Virus record (IMG/VR): IMGVR_UViG_3300028127_000003 | Length of the DNA stretch: 64,000 bases | Source: a virus | Reading direction: 5' to 3' (one strand) | Part shown: positions 8,263 to 18,474 of the stretch, in pieces | How positions within the stretch are numbered: position 1 is the stretch's first letter | How the letters are laid out: each line of letters starts with the position of its first letter | Notes under the pieces: generated by a model | Told to the model about the DNA's origin: nothing | Seen by the model: only the letters and a program-made list of their open reading frames with translations | Database searches by the model: none | Translations under genes and position numbers: made by a program

Positions 8263-8651
8263 ATTTTATATTTAGATCTATACCACTTGATAAGAATACT
8301 TGCAGTGCTGTAGTTGGTAGCCAAGGGGATGTCATGGACATCGCAAAGTCTCATTAGCATTGATATATCTACATCATGTGGATGTTTATCTAGAGGGTCT
8401 CTCATGAATATTACGCCTGTGATTTCTCCTCTAACTACCATTGCCGCTATTTCAGCATCTCCACCTAGAGGACCACTTTGAACAGTAGAAACTCTATCAA
8501 TTCCAGCATGCTCTACCTTTTTCCCCGTAGTTCCTGTGGTAACTATGTCTACTGCATCACTGTTAAAGAAATCTAATCTCTTAGATACAAATGCTACCAT
8601 GTCTGCTTTTTTGTTATCGTGCGCAATTAATGCGAATCTCATCTTGTCCAT
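8259..8651 (-). CDS. mgsA: Methylglyoxal synthase
   Basis: ALIAHDNKK, TTGTTG, SGPLGGD, FMRDPL..HPHDVD...L.RLCDVHDIPLATN..TA: all MgsA catalytic motifs are present. Confidence 0.93.
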   Translation of the reverse strand: MDKMRFALIAHDNKKADMVAFVSKRLDFFNSDAVDIVTTGTTGKKVEHAGIDRVSTVQSGPLGGDAEIAAMVVRGEITGVIFMRDPLDKHPHDVDISMLMRLCDVHDIPLATNYSTASILIKWYRSKYKI

Positions 8652-8662
8652 ACTCTATTAAT

Positions 8663-8692
8663 AAAAAATGCTCTGTAGTTATACAGAGCATT
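8663..8692 (-). terminator. Rho-independent terminator
   Basis: 11-bp perfect stem AATGCTCTGTA/TACAGAGCATT, 4-nt loop, T-tract on the minus strand; downstream of ORF 8719-10590. Confidence 0.75.
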
Positions 8693-8706
8693 CTTAAATT
8701 GTTTAA
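8678..8706 (-). promoter_or_regulatory. Putative class-2 promoter TTAAAC-N17-TATAAC (its -10 lies in the terminator loop)
   Basis: Exact 17-nt spacer; upstream of mgsA. Confidence 0.55.
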
Positions 8707-8718
8707 ATATTTTAAAGA

Positions 8719-10590
8719 TTACCAGCTAGCAGCCCATACAAATTCAAAGTTATGTTTCTTACAAAACTTTTCAATCATATCTGAAACCTTAGCTTGAGCA
8801 GCTTCGTACTTAGCGTAATCTCTTCCATCTATAATATTATAAGCGCTTTCTCCATATTCATCAGGATGTCTTAATTCTCTTGGCTCGTCAGTCTTATAAT
8901 AAACTTTCTTTTCAGCCGTTCTAATATAAGGCATTCTTAATTCTATTCTTCTATGTGCTTTTCTTCCGCTTGCCTTTGCGATGTCATATTGCTTTTCGAT
9001 TCTTGGCTTTAATCTAGTCCATTCGGCTAATATTTTATCATTAGCTTTAAAACCTGCTAGGATAGTTTTCATGTCAAATTCTACTCCGTTTACTCTTTTG
9101 TAATCTTTGAAAACTCCAACTACATCATCCATAAATTTATCAAAGCTAGAAATAGATTGATAAGAACCATGTACAGTTCCCATACCCCAATCATCTTCTA
9201 CCTTTCCAGTTGATACTTTTTTGGTTCCATTGAATAATTTTGCAAATGAATAATTAGGTTTACGCGTTGAGTTGTTAGACTGAAACTTAAATACTTCATG
9301 TTTCCATGATTTTCCTCGAAGCTCAATGCTCAAACATAAGTTACCTCCATAATTCCATTCTGATCTATAAACTCTACATTTGAATTGAATTTTTGGAAAT
9401 TCCTTTTTTAAACGTTCAGCCATTTGTAAACCATTACCGAAGTTAGATTCTCTTTTGTATGCTTCTTTACATTCTTTAGATTTTCTAGCAATAGCTAAAA
9501 CCTTACTTATTGTATAGTATGTTTCTGAATCGAATATTTCATCATCTGTTTCTTTATCTAAAATAACATCTTCATTAATAGATTTTAAATGAGTCAGTTT
9601 AGTGGATGTTGATTCTGCAAATGCTTCAATATCCCATTGGATTCTTTGCATTGGATCATCACCTCTAAAGTTTTTCTCAACCCAATCAATAAGACCTGGT
9701 TCGAATTGGGCGTTTTGTGCCATATCATAGGCATTCTTCCAACCGTCGTTTGATGCAACGTCTTCTAACCATTGGTCATATTTCCTTTGAGTCCATCTTA
9801 CTTTCTTAACAGCTTTCTTATGAGGACCAGCTCCTAATGTTGACTTTACAGTATTATAATGGTCTGGACCAGCAAATACGCCTTCTGCCCATTCTTGATC
9901 TCTTTTATTACCGTCCCAATATTTAATTTCTTTTCTGAATCTTCTTAGTGAATAATTACCACCTTCAATTTGTTTACGCTTTGTTACTTCTCCTTGTCTG
10001 TAACCTATTTCAATCTTCTTTTCTTCGGCAGTTTTAGGATCCATTTCAAAATGTAAAGATTTTACTAAATCTGCAATACCGTCAAACTTACCTTCATTAA
10101 CCGATTCTAAAATAATAGAATTTAGCTTTACTTCTTTATTAAATCTAGCGCTGCGTACATCGTCAGTTACTTCTAACTTAACACCATACATTGCAGTTAA
10201 TTTTACCTTTACTTTTTTACCATTATGTTCTGCTTCAAATTCTTTAAATGCATTTGCCTGTCGGCCATAATCCGTAATTTCATAGTTTCCATCTTCTGTA
10301 TCAAATATAGTACCGATGCTAATTTTATTAAGAACTCTTGCACCCATCATAGATATTTTAGAAGAAGATATTGTTTTACCTTCATCAAGTGATCCGAAAG
10401 ATTCAAATGATATAATGTTTTTCATTTCGCGTTGTTTCTTTTTATTTCTCTTCTTCTTATACTCTTCTTCGGCATCTCCTTTTCCGGCTGGAATATCCCC
10501 TGATCCAACTGATGTTTCAGATGGTAAAGAGACTTCTCCCATTCCGGCCATATCGCCAAGTGATAAGTTTTCGTTTTCGTTTAATTCCAT
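8719..10590 (-). CDS. Putative head-internal modular protein (623 aa)
   Basis: CTS-like MKNIISFESFGSLDE near the N-terminus; internal ESVNE and HLKSINE linkers; no catalytic motif recognised. Confidence 0.5.
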   Translation of the reverse strand: MELNENENLSLGDMAGMGEVSLPSETSVGSGDIPAGKGDAEEEYKKKRNKKKQREMKNIISFESFGSLDEGKTISSSKISMMGARVLNKISIGTIFDTEDGNYEITDYGRQANAFKEFEAEHNGKKVKVKLTAMYGVKLEVTDDVRSARFNKEVKLNSIILESVNEGKFDGIADLVKSLHFEMDPKTAEEKKIEIGYRQGEVTKRKQIEGGNYSLRRFRKEIKYWDGNKRDQEWAEGVFAGPDHYNTVKSTLGAGPHKKAVKKVRWTQRKYDQWLEDVASNDGWKNAYDMAQNAQFEPGLIDWVEKNFRGDDPMQRIQWDIEAFAESTSTKLTHLKSINEDVILDKETDDEIFDSETYYTISKVLAIARKSKECKEAYKRESNFGNGLQMAERLKKEFPKIQFKCRVYRSEWNYGGNLCLSIELRGKSWKHEVFKFQSNNSTRKPNYSFAKLFNGTKKVSTGKVEDDWGMGTVHGSYQSISSFDKFMDDVVGVFKDYKRVNGVEFDMKTILAGFKANDKILAEWTRLKPRIEKQYDIAKASGRKAHRRIELRMPYIRTAEKKVYYKTDEPRELRHPDEYGESAYNIIDGRDYAKYEAAQAKVSDMIEKFCKKHNFEFVWAASW

Positions 10591-10593
10591 ATC

Positions 10594-10911
10594 TTAATAT
10601 TCAAATGGTGGAGTTCCATAATCATCTTGTTCGATGCCATACCATACTCCTGATACTTGTAAATACCACCATCCATATTTAGTGTCGTCTACTACTTTAA
10701 ATTTCTTAGGTAATTTAACAGATTTTTTTGGAGCTCTAGCAATATACTTTAAAACTGGAACACCATCGTCCCATGTTTTTTTAGTAGATCTTGCTTGAAC
10801 TGATTGTCCATCTGAAAACGCATCAAATGCTTTTGCATCTTCTATTTCATCTGCTAATAAATCGATAGCTGATTCATTAATGTATTGTTCAAATAATTTT
10901 ACTTTTTTCAT
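10594..10911 (-). CDS. Putative small internal (head-packaged) protein
   Basis: N-terminus MKKVKLFEQYINE resembles the T4 capsid-targeting sequence MKTYQEFIAE. Confidence 0.55.
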   Translation of the reverse strand: MKKVKLFEQYINESAIDLLADEIEDAKAFDAFSDGQSVQARSTKKTWDDGVPVLKYIARAPKKSVKLPKKFKVVDDTKYGWWYLQVSGVWYGIEQDDYGTPPFEY

Positions 10912-10912
10912 T

Positions 10913-12247
10913 TTACCAAACTATGTTTTTATTATCCCATTTAGCCATTCTTTGCTTAAGCTCTAGTGCTTTACGCTTAGCATCTCTCATATACCAAGAA
11001 CTTGATGAACCGAATTTTTCTTCTTCAGTTTTCATATTAACGTATGCTGAAACATATCCTTGATAATCTGACAATATATTTGCAATATAATTGGTTAAAT
11101 CTCTAGGTCTAATTTCTCTTCCTTTAGGGTCTTTTCCTATTGTTAATTCGTTATAGTTTCCTAATTCTTTTTTAGCTAAACCAGCCATTAAGAATTGGTG
11201 TGCATCTTCGATAATTTCTTTAACTTTCTTGTCTATTTTATCTGGGTTATCAGCTTTCTTCGCAAGAATATCGTTATACCTTGTTAAGTTATCCTCTTTG
11301 ATTTTCTTAGGGTTTGTAAGTGCAGTAGCTCCAGATTTTGCCTCTGCTCTTGCAGATGTCTTATCATCGGTAGATAAAGAAGCTCTTAATGTGTCTAAAT
11401 TAATAATGTAACATTCGTCAGACATTTCCGCAATTCTTTTAATGTTACCTAATCCCGTTCCACTATATTGGTTGTGTGATTTGTTAACACCGACAGTATC
11501 TTTAGATCCAGGGTATTTACCCATGTTCTTAAGTCTTCTTGTGTTTTTCTTACCACCTATTGTGTCGCTGTTTCTATTCCATATTGAATCGTTCTGAAAC
11601 ATTTCATTTTTTCCATTAGAAACAGCTAATAAACAATTTCCAGGAATCATTTCAACATATCTTCCGGAAGAAGGAGCATATTCATTTTCTTTTTCATTTC
11701 TAGAAATCCAAAATACAATTACGTTTCCGAATGTTTTTGCTTTCTTATAAACTTCAACTGGGTTGCTATTAGAAATTATCATATCATCGGTAACTTTATC
11801 TAGTGCTACTTTAGCAAGACCGTATATACCTTTAATTAATTCCTTACCACCTTTTTTGATGTCTATTAATCCTCTTAACTTGGAAGAAGCTAGAGCTTCA
11901 TTAAGTTCTAAAGATTCAGTTGCTCTGTATTTTGCAAATTTACCCTTTTTAATTGTTTTAACTAATTCAGCTTCGCTATCGTCCATGTGACCATATACAT
12001 CATTATGTGTTGCTGCGTTTACTATTTCACCAGCATCACCAATAAAATAAGTTCCTCCTGCATATTCGTCTCCATCCATATCTAGATCAAAACCACCGGA
12101 ATCTAATGAATTTTTAGAAATTGTGAATTCTTTTCCGTCTGCTTTTGAAAGAGCAGCTGCTAATTTTTTTGCTATTTTAGCAGTATCTTTCTGCTTCATA
12201 ACCTTTGCTTCATTGATAAAATTATCGAAGTTAGTATATAGTTTCAT
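10913..12247 (-). CDS. Putative head-internal modular protein (444 aa)
   Basis: N-terminus MKLYTNFDNFINE-A, internal ESLELNE-A linker, GATATATA upstream. Confidence 0.55.
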   Translation of the reverse strand: MKLYTNFDNFINEAKVMKQKDTAKIAKKLAAALSKADGKEFTISKNSLDSGGFDLDMDGDEYAGGTYFIGDAGEIVNAATHNDVYGHMDDSEAELVKTIKKGKFAKYRATESLELNEALASSKLRGLIDIKKGGKELIKGIYGLAKVALDKVTDDMIISNSNPVEVYKKAKTFGNVIVFWISRNEKENEYAPSSGRYVEMIPGNCLLAVSNGKNEMFQNDSIWNRNSDTIGGKKNTRRLKNMGKYPGSKDTVGVNKSHNQYSGTGLGNIKRIAEMSDECYIINLDTLRASLSTDDKTSARAEAKSGATALTNPKKIKEDNLTRYNDILAKKADNPDKIDKKVKEIIEDAHQFLMAGLAKKELGNYNELTIGKDPKGREIRPRDLTNYIANILSDYQGYVSAYVNMKTEEEKFGSSSSWYMRDAKRKALELKQRMAKWDNKNIVW

Positions 12248-12271
12248 TTTATATTGTTTTGTTTATAATAG

Positions 12272-12279
12272 TATATATC
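12272..12279 (-). promoter_or_regulatory. GATATATA late-promoter-like motif
   Basis: Exact octamer about 25 nt upstream of ATG 12247. Confidence 0.65.
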
Positions 12280-12281
12280 TT

Positions 12282-15200
12282 TTAATGTAAGGAATCATGT
12301 GCTAATTCATTAGCTAAGTCTGGATTATCATCTGTGAAATCTGATAATTCTTCGTCAGTCATTTCTTTTCCATTAGAATATTCACCATAACTAAAGAATG
12401 CATCTGTGAAATCTGGATAATCTTTCATATCAACATCTTCCATTTCTAATGAACTAATATCTACTTTCTTTCCTTTAAATTTAATATAATTAGCTTCGTT
12501 AATAAAAGATTCTAATGTTAAACTAACAACTGGTTTAATTCCAGTTAATATTCTTTTTCCAAATTTAGAAAGACCAATTCCATTTTCACTTACTGTAAAG
12601 TATTTAGAATTTCTTCTCATCCATCTTTTATTATCGATTGATTTTTCTTTTAGAATATTATTGAATTCTTCTTCTGTTAATACACCATCCGCTAATGCCT
12701 CGATCATTGCGTTTCTGACTTTAGCAGTTCTACCTGAAGTTTGTGCAGGATGATTATCGGTATATCTTCTTTTTATTTGAATTTTAGATTCTCTAAGACC
12801 CGGTTTCATTACGTTTAATTCCCACCACTGTTCTAATTGGTGATAAATATTTGCACCCATGTTTGAAATCATGAAGTCAATTACATCATCATAATTGTCT
12901 TTTTCATCTTGATAAAAACCAGGAGTATCGATATATTCTTTACCCATTATCTTTCTAACTGCTCTTTCTGGCATAGCATCGATTTCTTTTAAAAATTCTT
13001 CGAAATCTTCATCGTTTTTAAAACCCTTAGCTTCAATAACCATTGATTCCATTAGGCCAATAGCAATCTCTCCAACTTCTCTATCGCCGCCGTCAACATA
13101 TCTTTTGTTAAGTATTGCAAATTTAAAACCATCTGCTTTTATCGTATACATTGGCATCATACTATCACTATAGTCGTATTTGTATTTACCTGCTTTTAAT
13201 TCTTTACCGATTGCAAAGAAATCTTTAGCTTTACCTACTAAATCTGCAAGATTATCTAAGTGGTCACCGGCGTCGTCCTTTTCATTAACTAATGATTCAT
13301 AAACTCCTTTTTCAATGTTCTTGATTAAGAGTTTAGCACCCTTCTTGTCAAGTTCATTTTGAATAAAGTCCATCATTTCGTTGGGATCTTCAGCATCTAT
13401 ACCAAATTCAGATGCTAAGTTTTGATATGCATCAAATTCCATATTAGAAATAGTGTCTTCTAAGTCTGCATACACATCTTCATTAACTGCTGATTCTACC
13501 ATTACTAGCCCTATATCCTTATATGCTATTTCATGCTCTCCACCGTCTTGATCTAGTGCAAATACTGATTTATCATGCCACATTGCAGCATTGTCATCGT
13601 TATTAGAATCAGGATTATAAATGATATATTCTTTTCCGTTTCCGGTTTGAATCATTGCATCATCTGCATCTCCTAATTTTTTTAATAATGACTTTTTAGT
13701 ATACCTTTCTTCAACAGCTTCACCTGACGTATATTCAAAATCATTATATAGTGCCTTTAACCATTCTAAAAACTCTGGAGTTTTCTTCATTACTTTCTTA
13801 TGTCCGTATTCTTTAAAGAATTCTTTCTGAAAAGTATCAAATGATTTGTGATTACCTATCATTTGGTGAATGTCAGACATAACACCCTCACTGATAACTA
13901 ATTTTACATCTTTGTTTTTACCAGCTACTGCATCATCTAGTTCATTTGTAAGAGCTTTCTTTTTTGCTGTTAAATCTATTAGCTGCTGTCTAGTTGCTGC
14001 TTTCTCATCACTTCCATCTTCCGCAGCGATGTATATCTTTACAATATCTTTCATCTTATTAACTGTTTCTCCAAATTCCTTTGAAATCTTGTTAATAGAT
14101 CTAGCTTCTAATATATTAGATTCTTCAATGTATTCTCCTAATTCAGGATCGTCCCATCCATTAGGATCGGCTAATACTGATTGTAAATCTTCTCTTGAAC
14201 CTGTCATTTCAACTTCTGGCCAATTGCCACCAGGGCCGTTCATTGTTAAAACTTTCATTTTAACATTATATTTCTTTAAAAGCTTTTTGAGTGTTTTTGA
14301 TTTAGGATCTATTGCATCCATTACTACAGTAGCTTCATTTAAATTTTCGTCTAGCTTATCAAAGAATCCACCATGTTCACTTTGTAAATCTTCACCATAC
14401 TTGTCGTCCCATATTTTAGCTAATTCATCTTTAGTAATTTTACCTTTATATTTTCCCATGATTTCAACATAGACACTACCATATTCATATTCAAAATCTT
14501 CACCATAAGAAAAATCCCATGCCTTTTCAACATCTTTAATTGTAAGCTTTTTGGCTTCAGTAACCTTTGATTCATACCATCCGTTTTCGTAATCGTCATC
14601 ATCTTCATAATCATCATACTCAGGTTCTTGATACCATGATTGATTTGGATCAGATTCTGCTTCTTCAGTAAAGTCATGTCTTTTCCAATTAAATCTTGGA
14701 TCTTCAACTAATGCAGGGAATAATGTCTTTTTCTTTTTATCTTTGGTCTTTATTTTACCGAATGCTAAATCAATACCAAGTTGTCTTAATTCTTTAAATG
14801 AACCTTTCATTGTTTTAACATCTTCTTCAGTATATCCATTCATTGTAGCAACAAGATCATAATAATCCATTCCACCAAATTCACCATATCCTTCATAATC
14901 CTTTTCCGTCCACTTGTTACCCATATTATCATACATAAATACTGTAATCATGTTCTGTCTTTCAGAACCTATTTGTGTGTTTGTATCGGATGTAAGCCAT
15001 GAAAATTGACCTTCAACTATCATCTGTTCATGTAACAATTGAGCACCAGTCGTTACAATGTTTAAATAGCTTTCAGGAATTCCATTTACAAAGTTATGTA
15101 ATTCTGGTTCGAAATCTGGCATACCACATGCATATCTTGGATATGTTGCTCCTTCTGTATTTACAAGAATACTCATTCCATAATACTCTCCAAGCTCACC

Positions 15201-15500
15201 TGATTCAGTGTTACAATATAATACAAATACCTGTGGCACTTGAACTTTAAAGTTAGATTGTAATGGATATTCGTTATGACATCCTAATTCTTTAGTAGTG
15301 TATACGTCTAAGGAATGTAATTCTTTATCATATTTAGTTAATTCTCTATATGGAATAGAAGCTCTTTGGTTAAATAGATCTCCCCAATAAGAAGGCTTTC
15401 TCAAGGAATATTTCCCAGAAACCTTTTTGTATACTTTATATAAATCAACGTTTTCGTTCATTGAATTTACAAAGCTTTCGAATGTTTTTTTAGTGCTCAT
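12282..15500 (-). CDS. Putative head-packaged polyprotein of ~12 small domains
   Basis: MSTKKTFESFVNSMNE N-terminus. Repeated linkers EQMIVE, ESKVTE, ENLNE, ESNILE, VISE, ESAVNE, ESLVNE, ESMVIE, ESFINE. Modules include GQFSW..D...YEGYGEFGGMDYY and D.KDYPDFTDAF, which resemble stand-alone small phage proteins. Confidence 0.6.
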   Translation of the reverse strand: MSTKKTFESFVNSMNENVDLYKVYKKVSGKYSLRKPSYWGDLFNQRASIPYRELTKYDKELHSLDVYTTKELGCHNEYPLQSNFKVQVPQVFVLYCNTESGELGEYYGMSILVNTEGATYPRYACGMPDFEPELHNFVNGIPESYLNIVTTGAQLLHEQMIVEGQFSWLTSDTNTQIGSERQNMITVFMYDNMGNKWTEKDYEGYGEFGGMDYYDLVATMNGYTEEDVKTMKGSFKELRQLGIDLAFGKIKTKDKKKKTLFPALVEDPRFNWKRHDFTEEAESDPNQSWYQEPEYDDYEDDDDYENGWYESKVTEAKKLTIKDVEKAWDFSYGEDFEYEYGSVYVEIMGKYKGKITKDELAKIWDDKYGEDLQSEHGGFFDKLDENLNEATVVMDAIDPKSKTLKKLLKKYNVKMKVLTMNGPGGNWPEVEMTGSREDLQSVLADPNGWDDPELGEYIEESNILEARSINKISKEFGETVNKMKDIVKIYIAAEDGSDEKAATRQQLIDLTAKKKALTNELDDAVAGKNKDVKLVISEGVMSDIHQMIGNHKSFDTFQKEFFKEYGHKKVMKKTPEFLEWLKALYNDFEYTSGEAVEERYTKKSLLKKLGDADDAMIQTGNGKEYIIYNPDSNNDDNAAMWHDKSVFALDQDGGEHEIAYKDIGLVMVESAVNEDVYADLEDTISNMEFDAYQNLASEFGIDAEDPNEMMDFIQNELDKKGAKLLIKNIEKGVYESLVNEKDDAGDHLDNLADLVGKAKDFFAIGKELKAGKYKYDYSDSMMPMYTIKADGFKFAILNKRYVDGGDREVGEIAIGLMESMVIEAKGFKNDEDFEEFLKEIDAMPERAVRKIMGKEYIDTPGFYQDEKDNYDDVIDFMISNMGANIYHQLEQWWELNVMKPGLRESKIQIKRRYTDNHPAQTSGRTAKVRNAMIEALADGVLTEEEFNNILKEKSIDNKRWMRRNSKYFTVSENGIGLSKFGKRILTGIKPVVSLTLESFINEANYIKFKGKKVDISSLEMEDVDMKDYPDFTDAFFSYGEYSNGKEMTDEELSDFTDDNPDLANELAHDSLH

Positions 15501-15520
15501 TTTTATTTGTATTTGTTTAT

Positions 15521-16600
15521 TTAAACTCGGTTAGGCTTTATTTTATATTTAAATTTACCTTGTGTAATAGAATATATTTGTAATTCGCTAGTTTTTCCAG
15601 GTAATTTCTTGTAATAGTGAAAAGCTACTATTTCATGATCTTTAGACTCTATAAAAAGGAATGGAGTAGGTATATCTCCTACTGCTGAAATTACATCGTC
15701 TTGTATTTCAGTAAATGTTCTAACGGAAGGCTCAGTCTCTATTATACTTTTAATTTTTTCTGCAGTTTTAGAGTCACTTAGCTTTCCTAATTCTACGTCA
15801 TTAAATTTAATTACTAATGCGCCGTTATCTTTATCTCCAGGACCTATTTTAAAATCTCTTTCACTAGAAGAAAGGGCCTGAATATCTGTCTTAGTTAAAT
15901 TTTGAATATGCTTAAATCTTTTTCCACCTACAGTTCCCCATTCATTTATCCAACCTCCACCGGCAGCCATATCTTTACCATCTCCGTCCGGGTTGATTTC
16001 TTCAATATTATATTTTACTGCGTCATATAATGCCGTTAACTTCGGTACATAAGTACTATTAATTCCCTGGTGTTTTGCACCTGTTCTCCAATTTTGTAAC
16101 ATGCCCTTTGACATTTGAGCTTCTTTTAACTCACATTTACCAAGGGGTGGTTTAATTGGTGACCACCTTTCATTATATAATTCTAAGTCAGTATCGGCCG
16201 CACCTCCACCTATTTTTATATTTTCTACAATATACGCTAGCATTATTTCTCCAGCACCAATTCCATTATCGTCTCTTCCAATATTAAACAATTCGTTTGC
16301 TTCGCTTTTATTTAACATTAAATATTGAAAAACTACTCCGAATGTATCGTCATCCATTTTAGAAAGCCATAACCTGCCATCAGGTTGTTGTTTAACATCC
16401 TGTGTTGAAGTAAACTTAACACCTTGCCATGGACACTTATTCTTTTTAAATGTTCTATTAATTGAATTAAATAAATTCTGTTGGGCAGATTTACTTCCGG
16501 TCGTTGCAACTCCAATATAGGATTCTATAATTAACGCTTCATTTTCAGCGTTGGTTTTTGCAGCACTATGTAGTGCTCTTTCAAAATCGTACCTATCCAT
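15521..16600 (-). CDS. Putative PD-(D/E)XK-fold nuclease-like protein
   Basis: GIGAGEI.L....GG..DTDL....CELK gives a plausible E...D...ExK catalytic set; N-terminal ALIIE site. Confidence 0.4.
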   Translation of the reverse strand: MDRYDFERALHSAAKTNAENEALIIESYIGVATTGSKSAQQNLFNSINRTFKKNKCPWQGVKFTSTQDVKQQPDGRLWLSKMDDDTFGVVFQYLMLNKSEANELFNIGRDDNGIGAGEIMLAYIVENIKIGGGAADTDLELYNERWSPIKPPLGKCELKEAQMSKGMLQNWRTGAKHQGINSTYVPKLTALYDAVKYNIEEINPDGDGKDMAAGGGWINEWGTVGGKRFKHIQNLTKTDIQALSSSERDFKIGPGDKDNGALVIKFNDVELGKLSDSKTAEKIKSIIETEPSVRTFTEIQDDVISAVGDIPTPFLFIESKDHEIVAFHYYKKLPGKTSELQIYSITQGKFKYKIKPNRV

Positions 16601-18464
16601 TGTTTTCTAAAAATTGTTTAAATGTTAATAATGATTCAGCAACTTCATTTGATTCTGAAGTACCTACTGAATCTTCTAATTTTTTCTTAAGTTCGCCATA
16701 CATTTTATGTAATGCTTTGGGTGTTGTTGACTTAAATAATCCTTCATCTCCGTCTAGCATTGCGTTTCTAACCTGAGTCGCTGAAATATTATTGTCTGTT
16801 CTTGGAATTTCAAATAATCCAAAATCACTCCTAACTCCAAGATCTTCTCTATAAGAATCTTTATTTACTTGGAATCCGTAAGTTTTCATTCTATCGCTTC
16901 CTGTTCCCCATAATACGGGTTCATAAGTTGGTCTCATTGCATTGAACATTGTATCAATACCTCCGGTTGGAATTACAAAGATTTCTTTTAAGAATGGATA
17001 TTGTTTTTGAACCGCCTTAAACATATCTAATTGTGTCTTCTCATCATAAGGTCTTTTAAATGCATCTTCCTTTTTCTTATTCTTTGCTTTTACTAATAAA
17101 ACAACCACAGGATATCCATTTTCTTTGTGTATAGTTTCTAATACTTTAGCATGTCCAAGTGTAAATGGTTGGAATCTACCAACAAACATATTTACTAATT
17201 CTCCTCCTTGTTCAGGATGATCTACTTTAAGTGCTTCATTTAAATTAACACTTGTCTTTACTTTATTATGTAATATGAAATTATTAAAGTCGTATATGGA
17301 ATTTTCATCGGTATTCTCTACAAATACTTTCTTATCTATAGTTTCTACTATTTGATTTAAATGCTCTAACATTTCTGCATTTATGATATCGCTTTCCTTG
17401 CTTCTCTTTTTTCTAAAAGAACCTAAAGTTATTTTAAATAATTCTGCAAGTATTTCGTTTTCAACATAAGAAAGAGTGGTCTCGTTCTTAATGTATTTAG
17501 TATTTAGTTTAAAGGAATCTGAATCTGCAAAATCAGCTGATTCAAAGTTAACACCAATAAACTTAGCAGAGTGTTCTTTAACATACGTATTAAACATCAC
17601 TGACATTAATTCAATATATCTCCAGTCTGCTGTTTCTTCATTTAGTTGAATGTCTTTCATTTCAAATGTAGAAATAAATTCAATAAGACCAGCAATAGTA
17701 ATTTGATACATGTGGCTTGATCTCTTATTTTCACTAACAGTTCTTGTAAAATCTTCTAATTTAAAAGATCTAGATTTTTTCTCATCAATAAAAGAAACTA
17801 TTAATCCGTCAATTTCTACTTCAAAGTCTTCATTTAACGTAGGAGAAACTGCATTTGGATTAAATGTCTTAATCATCTTTTGAGTGAAAGGTAATCTTGC
17901 ATCTGTATTTGGATCATAATCAAATGCTTCAGAAAACTCCTTATCTGACATAGATAAAACACTTATTAATTCTTCTTTTTGCATTTGAGATAGCATACCA
18001 TCAAACACAATGCTAGGTCCTTGAACCTCTAATATCTTTGCCCATTTATTTAATATAATTGGATCGCTAATTGTTTTTCTAATCTTACCTGACTCATTCA
18101 TAGTTTGAATGTGCGTAAGTATTAAATTGTTTTTAGGTAGTTTAGTATATTTATATTCTGACACGTTTAATTCAGGTAAATATTCAAAACCAAATTTCCA
18201 ATCATGTGGCATTTGTTCCTTTATACTAGGATCTAAACTTTGGATGTGCTTGACACCTGTTTCATATAAACCTACTATTGTTCTGTCTATCATGTTCATT
18301 CTAGAATCTCCAGATTTGTAATATTCAAATTTAGTCTGGTTTCTTCTAACGTGAAATGAAGCTCCTTGTATTTTTTCAGTTACTAGAACCCTGCTATTCA
18401 ACATATCTTGAAATGCATTGATATTAGTTTCCTGAAATACTTGTCTTAGTTTTTTAAGTGCCAT
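16593..18464 (-). CDS. Fusion: ligase-superfamily nucleotidyltransferase plus class I (T/H)xGH nucleotidyltransferase (NMNAT/cytidylyltransferase-like)
   Basis: N-half: TEKIQG (motif I), FGFEY, EIDGLIV, SFKL. C-half: FVGRFQPFTLGH and NISATQVRNAM. C-terminal LTFKQFLE. Confidence 0.65.
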   Translation of the reverse strand: MALKKLRQVFQETNINAFQDMLNSRVLVTEKIQGASFHVRRNQTKFEYYKSGDSRMNMIDRTIVGLYETGVKHIQSLDPSIKEQMPHDWKFGFEYLPELNVSEYKYTKLPKNNLILTHIQTMNESGKIRKTISDPIILNKWAKILEVQGPSIVFDGMLSQMQKEELISVLSMSDKEFSEAFDYDPNTDARLPFTQKMIKTFNPNAVSPTLNEDFEVEIDGLIVSFIDEKKSRSFKLEDFTRTVSENKRSSHMYQITIAGLIEFISTFEMKDIQLNEETADWRYIELMSVMFNTYVKEHSAKFIGVNFESADFADSDSFKLNTKYIKNETTLSYVENEILAELFKITLGSFRKKRSKESDIINAEMLEHLNQIVETIDKKVFVENTDENSIYDFNNFILHNKVKTSVNLNEALKVDHPEQGGELVNMFVGRFQPFTLGHAKVLETIHKENGYPVVVLLVKAKNKKKEDAFKRPYDEKTQLDMFKAVQKQYPFLKEIFVIPTGGIDTMFNAMRPTYEPVLWGTGSDRMKTYGFQVNKDSYREDLGVRSDFGLFEIPRTDNNISATQVRNAMLDGDEGLFKSTTPKALHKMYGELKKKLEDSVGTSESNEVAESLLTFKQFLENNG

Positions 18465-18474
18465 ATTATATTAT

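Noticed and set aside
16593-18464. Calling the fusion a NARP-type NAD reconstitution pathway
   Set aside because: No Nampt, Adps or Namat partner was recognised in the window; only the NMNAT-like motif is present, so it is kept as a hypothesis.
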